From: Takakia lepidozioides
Taxonomy: Eukaryota; Plantae; Bryophyta
Reading direction: 5' to 3'
Assembly: GCA_030704615.1 (NCBI GenBank)
Contig: CM060733.1
Location: forward strand, 70,618,001-70,682,000
Length of the DNA: 64,000 nucleotides
Part shown: positions 1-13,512 of the stretch, piece by piece
Layout: every line of letters begins with the position of its first letter
How positions within the stretch are numbered: the stretch's first letter is position 1
Made by a program: the position numbers and the translations under genes
The notes under the pieces: model-generated
Told to the model about the DNA's origin: nothing
The model's input: only the letters and a program-made list of their open reading frames with translations
The model's database searches: none

Positions 1-5
1 TGGCT

Positions 6-475
6 GTGGCACCCCATTGTAGACACAGGTTGTATCAAGCAATCAATCAGATTGCTCATGTGATAGAGAACACAGACCTGAATAGCAAGGTGACAAGTTA
101 TAATGTGAAGCCTGAAGGGAGAGAAATAGTCATGGACTTTGATGATTCCATGCCAGTAATCCAATTGAGAATTGGAAGCACAGACTTGACTGATGTACTG
201 ATAGATGGAGGCTCAGGAGTGAATATTATGACAAACCAATTAAGGCAGAAGCTTGGTCTAAGTAACATGAAACCAGCCCCATTCACAGTAACAATGGCAG
301 ATCAAAGGAGTGTATAGCCATTAGGCTTGATAAGAGGAGTAAAGATATAGATTCAGAAGATGATCTTTAAGATCACAGTGATTGTGTTGAAAATGGATGA
401 TGTCATGGAAGCTTACTCCTTATTGTTGGGTCGACCATGGCTGAAACAGGCCAGGGTATTCCATGACTGGAATTC
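6..475 (+). pseudogene. Ty3/gypsy aspartic protease fragment, related to the element at 22548-27169
   Basis: VLIDGGSGVNIMT...PAPFTVTMADQR and YSLLLGRPWL match ORF 23562..24614; in-frame stop at 315-317. Confidence 0.85.
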
Positions 476-631
476 CCAGTTCGTCGATGATCATCCTGAA
501 ATCATGATCATGAAGAAATTGAGTGCGTTGACGCACTCAGTTCTCCCGGGGGTGGGGGGAGGAGAGGGAACCCAAAAAAATAAAAATAAAATAAATAAAT
601 AAATAAAATTGTTATTATACAATCTGTCACG

Positions 632-1543
632 ATGAGATATCGCCGGGAGCTGGCAAGCTACTTGAAAGCCTGGGGGATGTGGATTATCAAGACCTGGAAC
701 TGTGTCAACAGCCTATATCTGACGAAGGGGGATTGCCCAGGGCAGAAGGTGGGTTTCAAATACTTTGTTTTTATGCCTTCTCTGTTGAAGTTCCACTGTA
801 CTGAATGTTATGAAGTCATGTTGTTCGCACTGCCTGAATTGAGTGCTTCAGCGCACTCAGTTATGGCGTTGCATGAGCAATGACTTTGAACCAGTTCCAT
901 CCGGAATGGGTCTGCACTCCCACCCAAATGTGCTATGAAACATTCATCAGTAATTATTGTCCTCTTCATCGCAGACCCGTCTATTTGAGCCCGTCTGTCT
1001 CGTGAGGGTAGATCCACTGTCGACTCCCACCACAGTGGTGGAGTTCGAGCTTCATGGGGGAGGATGTTTCATAAACGAGAGGTTCGATCCTGTCGTCGAC
1101 GACATGCACTACAACTATGTCGACTCCAACGTATGTTTGCAAAAGCCAAATGGAACGCCTTGGAGAGGGGCCCGTGAAAAAAACCCGGTTTTTATCCAAA
1201 CGATCATTGAGAGTTGTTCTCGACCAGGGGCCCGCATCATAGATCTCACTCTCGGCACATGTTTCTCTTCTTGCCTTTGTCATCGATTTCTTTTCTTCTG
1301 CATCTTCTTTACTCAATATTCTAAAACTCTAATTCCTTCAATCTGTCTCTTGCAGACGCTTCTTACCATGCTTGCAAGGCAGGTGGCAGGCACTTGTTTG
1401 GGATGGAAGGAGATGCAGATATTTTCACTGGCCTCCTCGCCGAGTTGCAAGGGGGCGCGTCTACCTCCAATGTCAAGGATGTCACTGCGCAAATTGATAT
1501 CCTCGATGGAGACGACAAGGACTTGGACAATGACTTTTCATGT
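632..1543 (+). pseudogene. 5'-truncated, spliced N4/N6 DNA methyltransferase-like gene (C-terminal half); homolog of the gene at 50380-55560
   Basis: Exons read KTWNCVNSLYL...QK | TRLFEPVCLVR...WRGAREKNPVFIQTIIESCSRPGARIIDLTLGT | ASYHACKAGGRHLFGMEGD. This resembles the KPxxLxxxxIxxxSxPGxxVLDPFxGSG / STxxAAxxxGRxFIGxE region of N6_N4 methylases. Intron positions match the second copy. Confidence 0.7.
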
Positions 1544-2077
1544 GAGTAAGTTCATTTTCTATCTATTTGATCCCTGTGTATATGCTCTGTCGCGTCCCCT
1601 TCTGTTGTCTGATTGTTACCCAAATGGTGCATTTCTGATTGTAGGAATGTGAGCGCACTCCCGTGGCCCCTGTCTTCCATATACTTGAGGGACTTGTGTT
1701 GGAGCCCACCTCCTAATTATGTCCTTCCTGATTACGCGGAAGGCATTGCTCATGTGCAAGCAGCTGTGCTTTCTCCCCTACCCTTGCATGGAGTTCCAGG
1801 AAGACGCTCAGGCACCTCCGCGCAAAGGTCTTCATAGATGATAGTGCAGCAGTTTCAGGTGGTAGTAGTACTTCTAGCAATTCAGCAGATTCAGGTGGTA
1901 GCAGTAGCAGTGTTGACACCACCTACGGATGTACTCAAGGGCATTCATTTATGGAACATGAGGGGACACACTCTCCGTTTTCCGTTGCACCACCATTTCT
2001 CTTCCCACCATCCATTGTAATGAGCACGGACTACAATGAAATTCACATCCCTGAATTGAAACATTCTCTCCCCCGCA

Positions 2078-5000
2078 TCCTGCGAATTTGAAAGTGGTCT
2101 CCTTGGCTTGAAACTCACCCCTGCTACTGGTCTTGCAGTCACCATAGCTTATGGCACTCGGTATGAACCTATTGGCTTAGTTACCATTCCCGTTAAAGTC
2201 GGTCGCAATTCTGTGGTTCTAACCTGTATTGTGACCATTGGGGAGCAACTCCTTCTGGGACTGGATTGGTTGCGTGGGGCAGGAGCCAAGATTGATGTGG
2301 TGGAGAATGCCATGTGGCTTGATAATGGTCATACTCCAACCCACAAAGTCAAACTCAACTCGGTCTCCCTGCCCGCTGGATGTGCCAGTGCTGATCTCTC
2401 CCACATGCAGGTCCTTGCAGCTAAAGCCAGACAACGTGCTAGTGAACCTTACAATTGGACTCGCTATTTCAATTTTGCCAAACCTCCAACTCTGACTCTA
2501 CATCAGTGGCAGATTCCTTTACCAGAAAGAAAGGTGGGCCTCCTGTTGCCATACCTAGTAACAGTACCTTGCAGAGATGTCATGAGGACTTCACAATTCC
2601 TGCCTACTCTCAAGGGCTTGTTTCCACAGGCTTAACGTTCTTTAGTCCTCAAGGTCATTACATTGAAGTTGAGGGGTGGAAACATCTTATGCTTACCAAG
2701 CATTGTCTTGTTGCCTCTGGCGTACTTGATAGAGGTTTTCGTGGAGAGCTTCGGCTTCTGGTTGCCAACCCTGAAAGGATTCCCATTCACATACGTAAAG
2801 GTCAAGTCATTGCCAGGCGTACAACTGCTCCTTTGAGTACCATCACAGAGGTTCAGGCTGCCTTGCATTTTACTGATATTGGGTTGATTGATGATGCTGT
2901 AGACCATCTGCTTTTGATGAGTCATTCATCCCCTGCACCACAACTAAGGCCTCTCTCCCTTGAGCATGCTCATCTTCATTCGAATTGGCCCTGGTCTGAC
3001 TGAAGCAGAGAAAGGTCAGTTGTATTCTGTCATTCGTGAAAACCTGGATGTATTCAGGAAGGGGCTCATGACCTGGGCAAGACTGAGGTGTTAAATCACG
3101 ACATCAAGACAGAGGGTGCTTTTGTTAAACAGTACGCCTACCGAGAAAGTGTCAAAGAAAGAGGTATCATGCATGAAGAATTAAAAAAAATGCTAGATGC
3201 TGGTGTGGTGACCCCATCTGTTTCTCCTTGGGCTGGTCCTATGGTACTTGTAGCAAAGAAAGATGGGACTACACACTTCTGTGCTGACTTTCGCCGCCTC
3301 AATTCTTTGACTAAAAAAGATGTCTATCTTTTGCCTCGGATTCATGATACGATGGATCAGTTCAATGGTGCTACCATCTTTTCATCATTAGATTTGGCTG
3401 CAGGGTTTTGGCAGGTGCCTCTAACGGAGTCTGCCAAAGAGAAAACAGTGCTCATTCATTTGCAAGTAGGGCCTATTCCAGTTTGAAACGATGCCTTTTG
3501 GCCTCTGTAATGCCACAACCACTTTAGCGACTTATGGATGTAGTCTTGGGTAACATGTGATGGGAGTGTAACTTAGTGTACGTTGATGACATTAATGTTT
3601 ATTCTCTTTCCTTTGCTGCTCATATGCTTGATCTTAAGCGGGTGTTGTGCAGACTAAGAAGTGCAGGACTGAAAGTTAAGCCAAAGAAATGCGATCTATG
3701 CATGGCTGAACTTCACTTCCTTGGTCACATGCTCTCTGCAGCACGTATCAGTCCTGTTCCTACTAAGGTCAAAGCTGTGTGGGAATACAAAAACTGCGTG
3801 CATGCTTTCTTAGGTTTTGCCTCTTACTTTCGCAGGTTCATCAAGCACTTTGCTAAAATAGCTGCTGCTCTCAACCTATTGCTTTGCAAGAATGTGAAGT
3901 TCACTTGGGGGCCTCAACAGCTTTCTGCCTTTGAGAAACTCAAGATTGCCTTGACCAGTGCTCCTATCTTGATCTTTCTAGATTTTAGCCAGCCTTCCCT
4001 TCGTCAGATTGATGCTTTGGACTTGGTTGTGTTTGCGATCCTGTGCCAGAAGCGCGATGGCAAGGAACCTGTGGTGGCTTATGCCTCTCGCAAGTTATAT
4101 AAGCATGAACGGAATTATGGTATTACTAACAAAGCAGGCTTAGCAGTGATCTTTGGGGTTAAATACTTTAAACAGTACCTGCATGGGTGTCCTTTAAAGA
4201 CACTCAAAACTCCTCATGAATTATCATGGAGGCTTGCAAGGTGGTCTTTGACTCTGCAGATGTTTGACTATGACATTCGTTACAAGAAAGGCAAGGCCAA
4301 TGCCAATGCCGATGCTCTCACCTGCAGCGAGACTAAGTCCTCTCAACCTTATACCTCCCTGGATGATCTTGCAGTACAACCGCTGCCCACTAGTGCTTCC
4401 TCTTTGCCGTCCCCTGTTTTGGATGGTCCTGATTTATTAGATCTCTTTGCTACTGTTCCTTCCTCTCTACCTGATCTCATGTTTGAATGGGATCTGCTTT
4501 CATTTGCTGCTGGTTAGTGCTCTGGTAGAGTGTTGCACTGTCACTGAGGTCACATCCGAGGTATGGTAGTTCTATCCATCTCCTTCGCTGCACCCTGCTT
4601 TCTTGCTACTGATCATGGTTCTTGTTGTGTCTCCTCCATAGGGATTTTGCTTGTGTTCTTCATTGCCTTGTCTGTTCTCTCATGAAGCAGCCCCTTGTTA
4701 AGAGTTGAGCTAGTCTAAGTATGGAGCTCACTAAGGCGGACACTCCATACATGCTCACACTAACCCAAGGGTGTGGCTATGGGCTATGCAGACATCGACG
4801 ATCTTCTCCATCAAGTCCTCCTCCAGAAGTATAAAACCAATAGCTACATTGGTGTGGCTATTGACTACCTGTCCAAGTGGGTTGAGATTCGACCTTTGGT
4901 CGCTAAGGACAGCGATGAAGTGGTTCAGTTTTTTTTTGATGAAATCATGTTGCGGCATGGCTGCCCCCTTGAGATACTGACTGACCAGGGTACAGAACTT

Positions 5001-5713
5001 TGTAACCAGTTGATGGAGGTTGTGTGTTTCAATTTGGATGTCAAGCATCGCTTGACAGCTCCTTACAGCCCTCAGTTCAATGGGCTCACTGAAAGATTCA
5101 ACAAGACCATGTGCCAGCTACTTGAGAAAAATGGTGCACTAACTGATGAATGGGATATTACTTTACCAATCCTAATATTTGCCTACAGGACTTCAGTGCA
5201 TGCTAGCACTCGCTTTTCTCCTTTTGAGTTACTCTATGGTCGCAAGGCTCGCACACCTCTTCGTGTCTCTGTACTTCAGGCTCAGGTGGAAGAACCAGTC
5301 ATATGGGAAGATTTCTTACTACTCATAGATTAGGCTTGCTTGAAATTGCCAAACATAACATTCAAGTTTCCCAGGTGGCTCAAGCTAGGAACTACAACCG
5401 CCGGGTGGTTTCCGCTGAGAATTTCTCTCTAGGTCAGACTGTATGTGTTCGATTGCAACCAGGTAAGCAGGTGACCAAGTCCAAATTGCGCATTGATGGA
5501 CCCTATCTGATCCATGCCATTTTACCAGGGAGACAGTACTGGCTCTTGCCCCAACATCCTTCTACAACAGACACGGTGCATGTTTCTCAGCTCGTTCCTT
5601 CTAAGTTGTTTGATTTGACCTGCATCCTTGCCTGCATCAACGTTGAGAATCGCCATTTTGTCTTGATTCCTAGGAAGCATGCTCATATAGAATCAGATTC
5701 TTTGGCTGAGTAG
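2078..5713 (+). mobile_element. Degenerate Ty3/gypsy pol: protease-dUTPase-RT-RNaseH-integrase
   Basis: LLLGLDWL (protease), SPWAGPMVLVAKKDG and YVDD (RT), VVAYASRKL (RNase H), IDYLSKW / ILTDQGTEL / GLTERFNKT (integrase); several frameshifts and stops. Confidence 0.9.
2530..2830 (+). pseudogene. dUTPase-like domain between protease and RT
   Basis: FTIPAYSQGLVSTGL...VASGVLDRGFRGELRLLVAN...IRKGQVIA resembles trimeric dUTPase motifs 3 and 4 (GVIDxDYxGE; IxKGxxIAQ). Confidence 0.75.
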
Positions 5714-5962
5714 CTTACTGGTGACACTGGACTTGATTGGATTTGCTTTGATATTGGTTCACCATCACTTCTAGCTCAGATTTTCACTCTCCAGGGGATG
5801 GGGTTTTTCCCCAGAAAGGTTTTGTCCTTTGCTCCAATTGCAGAGCAAGGTTTTCCTTTCTGAGGTTTTTTCATCCCATCTCTGTGAAAATCTTGATGCT
5901 TTGGTTGTTGATTTTCATGTTCGCTGGAGCTCGCAACTATGCGTGCCAAGAGGCTTTACATA

Positions 5963-6466
5963 TGTGATGACTAAATTCCTCCTACCTTAATATTCTCCTT
6001 AGTGATGAATGAGGTTGGATGAGTATTAGGATGAATGACCGTTACACAAAGCTAGGATGATATGAGTTGGCGGATCTATTAATAAACTACGTTGTCTTAT
6101 GTTAACAGCTAGCTTATCCCTAAATCGGATGATGTGGCATCCTATCTTGATGGTCACTTGGCTACAATCAGGAGAGCCAATCAGGGCGAGCCAATCTGTT
6201 GTGATAAGATCATGGGCCTTGGACTATAAAAGGGATAAGCTGGAAACCTAAGGCGGCTGGTGTATTTTCAAAGTGTTCAACTCCTGTGTACGAAAAACGG
6301 ATGTGCATGGGTATGGATGAACTGAGAATCTCTGTGTGAGATTTGTGTCCTCTCCGAGAGATCCTTCCTTCCTCGCTTGCTTGCTCTATCGAGCTAACAT
6401 CCCTCACCTAGCATAAACCCGCAGATGAGTGGAATAACCCGGGTACGCGAGAATCTTGGCTTTACA
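5963..6466. repeat. Possible LTR or solo LTR
   Basis: TG...CA bounded ~500-bp noncoding stretch with TATAAAA, downstream of gypsy integrase; no partner LTR or TSD found. Confidence 0.3.
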
Positions 6467-7275
6467 AGGGGTTTAAAATTTTTCCCCCGAATAATCCAAA
6501 TAACTTTGCCCCCAAAAAATAATAAAGTTAATCAGGGCCACAATCCCCCTGTTCATTTAAATAAATTTATTAAAATTTAGATAAATAAATAAAAACTTGA
6601 TCTGTCTAAAATGAGAGGCATCTGTCAAGGTGCAAGAACAGTGTAATGGGTATAGTGGAATATTGTAAAGGGTCATGGCGCTGGAGTTGTGCTTGTAGCA
6701 GTTTTGTAAACAAGAGGATCTACATTAGGATCTACATATCGTCTCCAATCTTATTTACACTGATTTAGGCCAGAGCCTTTTCTCTCTGCTACTTGCACAG
6801 CACAGAGACCCAACAACAGACAGGAAAGATTGGAAACGATACACAACAATCCATGCAATTCCTATTGGAAGTCTGTGCATGTCAAGACATTTAGGTCTTG
6901 TTAGCCTTCAACACAAGACTTGAAGGTCACAAATTTGAACTGGATGTCAGTTTCAGAAAGTTTGTTTGGTAATTTGGAAAGCTCCTTATCTCAAAAGGCT
7001 GAGCACAGGTTCCAAAGGGTCCGGGCCCCTCCAAGTTGGTCATGGTGGTTTTGACTGTTTGCAAAAATGCCTGACACCTGAGGCGAGATTGTTGGTTGAA
7101 CTGACAAATGCAAATTGAACAATTGGAGGTAGTATTTGAAGGACAGATGGGAGTTATCGTGTCTGTTCTTGACAATTACTTGATATGAGTATCTTACAAA
7201 CCATGGGGCGTGTTAATGGTGAGAAGTAAAAACTCCAAAGGAGGGCCTTTGATCTCAACAATCTCCACTCCAAGG

Positions 7276-10200
7276 TCAAGAAAGAGGAGGGCGGAAAGAA
7301 ACACACTTCCTTGGCAATTGATCGCCAAACACAAATCTCAATGTAGTGGCGTCTTTTTCCCCTAGGAGGTGCATGCTATACCCTTTTGAAAAAGCATGCT
7401 TCATTGCCTTTCTTCTATTAGTAGCTGCCTTCTTCCTATTTCTCACCAGCAAGCTTGATGGTGTAGTTGAGTTTCGTCCATCAGCCCCATCCTCCTCGGC
7501 ATTTGTCACATAGTCTGCATCATCTTCTTTGTTGACAGCCGCTCCCATAGCCAGAGTCTCGTCTTCCCTGCCGGCGTTGTCTCTCACCTCCCCCCCAGCC
7601 AAAGGGTCCTTCTCACCAGACCCCCACCAGCAAGAGGATGCTCTGCCCAGGCCCTTTGAAGGAAACCCCATTTTGAAGTCATCTAGATGTGTGGGAACCA
7701 CCTTTTGCTTCTGGGGTGTTTGCACAGGCACTACCCGTGAAGACACAGGGTTCAGTGGAGAAGCAGCTGGAGTGCTCCCTCCGGCTGGGGATTGTTGCTG
7801 GGTGTGCTTACTTGGTGCCATCCCAGCTTGCAACTTGGCGTCACTATGGCTGCTGACCACTGGCAGCTTTGCACCTCTGCACCCATGGACTCAGCTCTCA
7901 GGTTCGTCTCTTTTCTACAGTACTGATCTCTGCCTGTAGGCCTTCCGGATTTGCAACTAAAAAAAATTCCAGCGCCTGAGAGCTGGGTTATAGAATTTCC
8001 AGCGGCAGCTTAGTGCTAGAAGTGGATTGGAACTGTTCTTTCAGTACAATTCCTGGGCTTCAAATCCTTGTTCAGCCGAAATTTTACAGCAAAATCATGA
8101 CGACTACGTTTTATAACTCTTGCTGTAACTGATCATGAAAATGCGCCTTGGACTCTGCTGCAGTCCCTCTGACTACGGAACTATGGCTAGTTCAAAGAGA
8201 TTTTCTGCCTAGTGACGTGCAACCATCAACACTGTGAAGTATAGTGTGAGTGACCTTGCATCAAGCATCCCCCAATATCCTAGCTTACTCCTGAAAGGTA
8301 AAGTCACTGCTTACTGGTGGGAAGATCCAGGTGGGATGATGCGGGTATCCAGTGCAGGATTGGTAATATTCACAGTGACACTCATCTGGCAATTGGTGTC
8401 CTCAGAAAGCTCTATTTCTCGAACAGCCTCTCGCTTTATGTCTTCTATTGTTTTCCCTGCCATTAACTGCCTCATCACACAATAATCCATAACCATCAGG
8501 TGCACCTCTAGCCACACAAATCAGCAGTCATCACAGGCTAAAGCCTTAATAACCCACAGAGATAATATTGCAAGGTGAATCAATGGGTAAGAGTTACCTT
8601 GCGATAGGGCCATCGAGGAATGCCATTTTCTTTGCAGACCCGTTTCAATGCGGTGGTGCACACAACTGTTCCCCAGCCCACCTACTCCGTAAGACCCTGC
8701 TTCCTTCCAACTTGCATCTGGCTCTCACTAACACATGGCATGCAGACATTTGTGGAAGGCAGAATGTGTCCTGGAACACACAATATTGCAAGCATTCATT
8801 CGCGTAAAAGCTTTCCAAAAAGATATGGCAAAAAGGCCTTCACAGTAGCATGTCACAGACAAACAACCCTCAGCATTTTCTCCTCATCTGCAATACCACT
8901 TACTCCTTGTTGAACCAGTTGTGCATGCGCTGTCGCTTTACTTAGAGTAGACCAGACTAGGTTTTGATCACTTACAGAGCTTCTGTGAAGCCTCTGCAAT
9001 AGGAACCGTGAAATACTTTTCCACCTCCTCCAAGGTCAGGGGACCAGCTGACCATGTCACTGACTGAGGTGGCAGTCCAAGTTTTGCCAGGTGCTTGTTA
9101 ATCATATAATCAGACGGCATCTTGACGGCCAGATTGAGAGTTCTGCTCCCCAGTGAATCTCCTTAAGAAAATCTATGATTGTTTACTTTAACCGTACTCT
9201 TAAATTAATCCAAATGTCACAGGCTGATGTCACAGCTCCACATATCCCTGAACCCAGGACATTACATCAACACAAGGGGCCTCAAGCTGTGTTACTTGCT
9301 GAATCTGATAGTGCACAATGGCAAGCAGACACTAGTGCAGAGAGAGAGGGATGGACTGGCTCTCTGTCACTACACACAAGGTGTCTGACAAAATTGCTGC
9401 TTCAGGCTCGAAAATCTGAACTGTTCAAGTTCATAGGCTCTACAGAGTGGTTTCATATTTAAACATTCCATGCAGGAGTATGCGCCAAAGAGAATGTGCA
9501 ATTAGACATTTCTGCATGCGTATTCACTGGAGCGCCCTGTTCTTCCCACCTACCACTCGGTTTCCTCTATCACCGATCAACGGTCTAAAAAGTTGTGCTG
9601 CAACAGAGTAGGAGTTGACGGTTGTATAACAGTTGTATCTTCTAACCATTTTTTCCAAACTATAAGGGTAGGCTTGGGTGGTCTGAACTAATACGCATAG
9701 ATTGAAGACTTTATAAAAGGCACAAAATAATACTCGCCCTAAGTCACACTGACGGCCACTCTCGCTGTTAAAAAAACACCCATCGACACAAAGCAGCCGG
9801 CCTGGCTTCGGATTAGTCCCGAAGCGAGGGACACAGTGAAGTTTCATCGATTGATCCATATTGACCATTCTCGCTGAGTCTTCACATGTCAATGTACTAC
9901 ATGAAATTTTAGCATCGAAGCTACACCATTTATGCAATACATGTAGATGGTAGTAAAATTTACTATGACTTTCTCTGATTTCCGTGGTCGCTATGATATT
10001 CCTTCTCACTGTCCATGAAAGGTTAAGGTCCAGGTTACCGGAGATGCTCTTTTAAGAGCTAACAGCTCATTTCAAACCCACCCACCGCCATCGTCACCCC
10101 CTAGCCTATCGAAGTGATCGTCTTCAAGAAGATAAACACAGTAACCGTCCGAAATATGCCCTAACAACCTGAACCTGAAGATACTCTACTGCATCCCATT

Positions 10201-10304
10201 CTACATCATTTCAAATCGGGATTAGTTTCATTGCAGAACCCTGTACCTCTCCCCAACACCTTCGTGTAATCAGCAGACGAGGATCGCCTGCTGCTTTCCT
10301 TCAT
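7276..10304 (-). CDS. RWP-RK domain transcription factor (RKD-like); predicted exons 10304-10247, 9161-8976, 8665-8598, 8466-8315, 7876-7276
   Basis: GT-AG splicing with consistent phases gives LTLEEVEKYFTVPIAEASQKL-FVCTTALKRVCKENGIPRWPYRK-LMAGKTIEDIKREA and a C-terminal LDDFKMGFPSKGL..WWG motif. Confidence 0.88.
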
Positions 10305-10684
10305 CACTCCCTCCCAGCATCCTGCCAAAGACAAAGGACCGCTACTGAGCAAACCCTACGTATTAAATGTTGGACCCAGTGGATGGATGAACTTAAGACC
10401 GACGGAGAATCTTCCCCCGGAAATCGATGAACGGAGAGAAACAGTTGTTGGCGCCAGCAGCGCCTATGGTGGCACGTGGCGAGAACAGTGACGCAATCTC
10501 TGTGACACAGAATCCGGATAGCCAACCAAAGCGCGGGCTTAGATAAGCGGGTTTCCCAGTTTAGCCAGGTTGGCCGCGCATGGCGAAACTGACGTACTAC
10601 GTGCCATGTACGGAATGCAATTTACGCCATGTTCTGGCGCTCGCAGAGGACCGCCGGTCACCACCTTAAAACTGCCACTTTTAG

Positions 10685-10810
10685 GACCGACCGACACGAA
10701 TCTCTTAAGGCATCTTTACCGCCGAAAGGAATCGAATCTTTAAGGCATCTTTATCGTCTGAGAGGCATCTAGACCGACTGATGCGAATCTTTAAGGAATC
10801 TTTACCGCAA
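10685..10810. repeat. Three imperfect tandem copies of GAATCT(C/T)TTAAGG(C/A)ATCTTTA
   Basis: Seen directly, upstream of the RWP-RK start codon. Confidence 0.6.
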
Positions 10811-10949
10811 AAATAAATTAGTGTATTTTAGCATGTATATTTTCATCACTATCTACATCCAGCTATACGGTCTGCTTCGGGAATTAGGGTTGGGCGCTTG
10901 TCTTCCACGCGTGGAGAACACTCACCTTGCCGCGGCAAGGTGAGTGTTT

Positions 10950-11425
10950 TGTCTCAGCATTTGGGCGCATTGTAGCTGATGAGCTCAACAAAGTAAAGCA
11001 AGCATCAGTGAATGGCGACGATCCTCGAAAGGAGGGTGGGAATGATGTTGTACCCCAAGAACAAGATGCAGATATGATGATTTGGGAGTATGAGCCGATG
11101 ACATCACAGATGCCATCGGAACTAGCAAACGAAGACTATGAGGAGCTCATGTTGGCTATGGAAAGGGCTCTCTACGGTGATTTGCAAGCTGAGTTGCAAA
11201 GCCAATGTAAATTGGAATGACATGCCTTTAATTGGTTAGTGTGTTACAAGTTGCATGATGATCTTGTGAGCTCTTCCATGCTTTTGAAGACAAGAGTGAT
11301 TTCTTTTTGTAGGGAATTGTGTATGTGTGGGTGGCAGAGGCTGCACTGCTGAGAGAGTATGAGGCAGTTGACACCCTTGAAGACCAATCACTGGCTGCAC
11401 TTGTACAGCATTGGCAAGAAAATGA
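10950..11425 (+). pseudogene. RPA-interacting protein (RIP/RPAIN)-like fragment, two exons
   Basis: AFGRIVADELNKVK...DMMIWEYE...DYEELMLAMERALYGDLQAE and a following exon EAALLREYEAVDTLEDQSLAALVQHW; N- and C-terminal exons not recognised. Confidence 0.6.
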
Positions 11426-12689
11426 GGTACTTGTTTTGTCCTGTACCCACTTGCTATGTTCCTTTTGACACAAATAGTTGTTCTCCAAGTCTTCTTTAAT
11501 GGCAGCCTCATGTGGCAAGGATCAATTTAAATTGTTATGGTATGAGATAAGAGAACATCTCAGAAGATGTGGAAGCCTTGCAAGAAAAGACAACTCAAAT
11601 TGAATATCTACTCAAACGGAAATATGATATGGATTTCTTCAGAACAACCCGACCGGAAGATTCGACCACACGACCTAGCTGTGCGCATCCGAATATCCTG
11701 ACCAGCAGCGCAAAGTGCAGATAAAGAGTTAGATTGGAGAGCCTGGAATATATAACAAGAAGGGCCACTTCCTCGGATAAAGCAGCCGACCCCACCACGT
11801 GGAAGAGAGGAGCTTTGATCCTTTGAGCGCAGCCCCACACTCAGCCCTACAGCGACGCAGCCTCTCTATCTCTTCCTCTCGCTCTCAGGGAATCTGTGTC
11901 TTGATCTTGGCCCGCAACACTGATTTGTCGAAATCACCCCATTTGCAAGTGTTTCTCTCACTGGGCTCCTTATTGGCTGCCCCAATTATGGTTTTGGATG
12001 GTCTACTGAGATGTGTCGGTTGTTGATGTCGCTACCTTCTCATGCGGTGTGTTTGACAGATGCGTGGTCCTATTGGATCGTGTTCGTTTTCCTAGATCGG
12101 TTCAGATTTGGCCGTTGGAATTTCTGTCATCGTGTTGCATTGTTTCTCAGCTACCGTTCTCCGGTTCCTGCCTGAAATGGGCTCTCACTGGTAAAAGGCG
12201 AATTATGAAAGAAGAGATGTTCTCTTGTACATGCATGTAAAATTGGTAGTTGTGTGCAGAGGTAGTTGCTTAAATGCACGATTAACAGAGTACCACATTG
12301 GCTGGAACACTCATTTAGGACACAATAAGTCCTAGGGCCGATCCCAACACGATTAGGTCTTTGATTGGTATACTTTGAAGGGACCACATATTGTGGTAAG
12401 ATCCGGAGTGCCACACCAAGTCCTTCTCTTGATACTAGCGTGAACCTCGAGGTTTTCTTGGGTGGAGGGTTGCTTACTTCAAACCAGTGCAATGTTTAAG
12501 CATGGGCAATGGTTGCCTGCTTGGGAAGCCTGTTCATGAATCACAATTTTATGGGAAGATGTTAATATGGTTCCTACGGCATTCAAAGTTCTGCTCGCAT
12601 TCTAGCAAATTGCACTTTGCCGTTTGGGCAAGTGTATACTTATGCTGATTTCCGAACATCTTGATGGGACTACAGGTACCTTTCCAAGA

Positions 12690-13512
12690 ATGCAGAACAA
12701 TGGGGACTATTTAGCTCCACCGCCTGTTGAAGGAGTTGGGGGAGGTGGCACTGGGTATGGCTGGAATGACTCCAGTTTAAAAAGTTCAGTCACCATAGCT
12801 AGAGTGATCGATGTGTCCCGGCAACCTACTGCTGATTTGTTGCACGTTTGGTGTATGCCAAGCACAGCTACTATTGGACACCAGGAGCCCCCTCGGCCCT
12901 TAGAACAGGTCAGTGTCAATCGAATTTTGAATGACTATTGGTGGAGTACTCAGTACCCGCATTACTAGGAAGCGGAAACTTCTTCACAACCATTTCTTGT
13001 AGTGGCATTCATAACTTTGACCAGAGCTGATTTACAGCCGGAATTTGTTCAAGTCTTCTGTAGCCCAGGCCCCAGAAGCAGAATCTTAAGATAGCTTCCA
13101 GATCTTGTGACTAGAAACCAGGACATTTAGGCGTCAATTGGAAACTTCTTATAATGGTTGTTGGGCTTTCCTGGAGATATGAATACCAAGGTCTTCCTTC
13201 GAAATAAAAAGGTTACCTGTGAGAGGCATTGCTTTACCATGAAAAACATTGGATTCAACCATATATTGATATTGCCTTAACACACTTCGAGCTTTCACTT
13301 CCTCTTTCTTTCTACATGAAGTGTTTGTATGATTTTCTTAGTTTGGCACTTTCAAGTCCATTCATTTTGCATGAAAGAATTGAAGTTCAGACCATATGTG
13401 GCGTTTCTGTGGCCAGATATCTTTGTTAGCAGCCAGGAATGAAAGGGACTGGGGATGGAATGGCTGGACATGTCCAGATTGTTCAGATCTCCGCAGCAGC
13501 TCTGATCACAAG
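12690..13512 (+). pseudogene. AT1G45150-like (DUF4091/GH123-like) gene; first exon intact, second degraded
   Basis: PPVEGVGGGGTGYGWND...PTADLLHVWCMPSTATIGHQEPPRPLEQ | ISLLAARNER, followed by an apparent deletion and frameshifts. Confidence 0.75.

Noticed and set aside
7276-7860. Stand-alone ORF or LINE ORF1
   Set aside because: Splices in phase as the last exon of the RWP-RK gene
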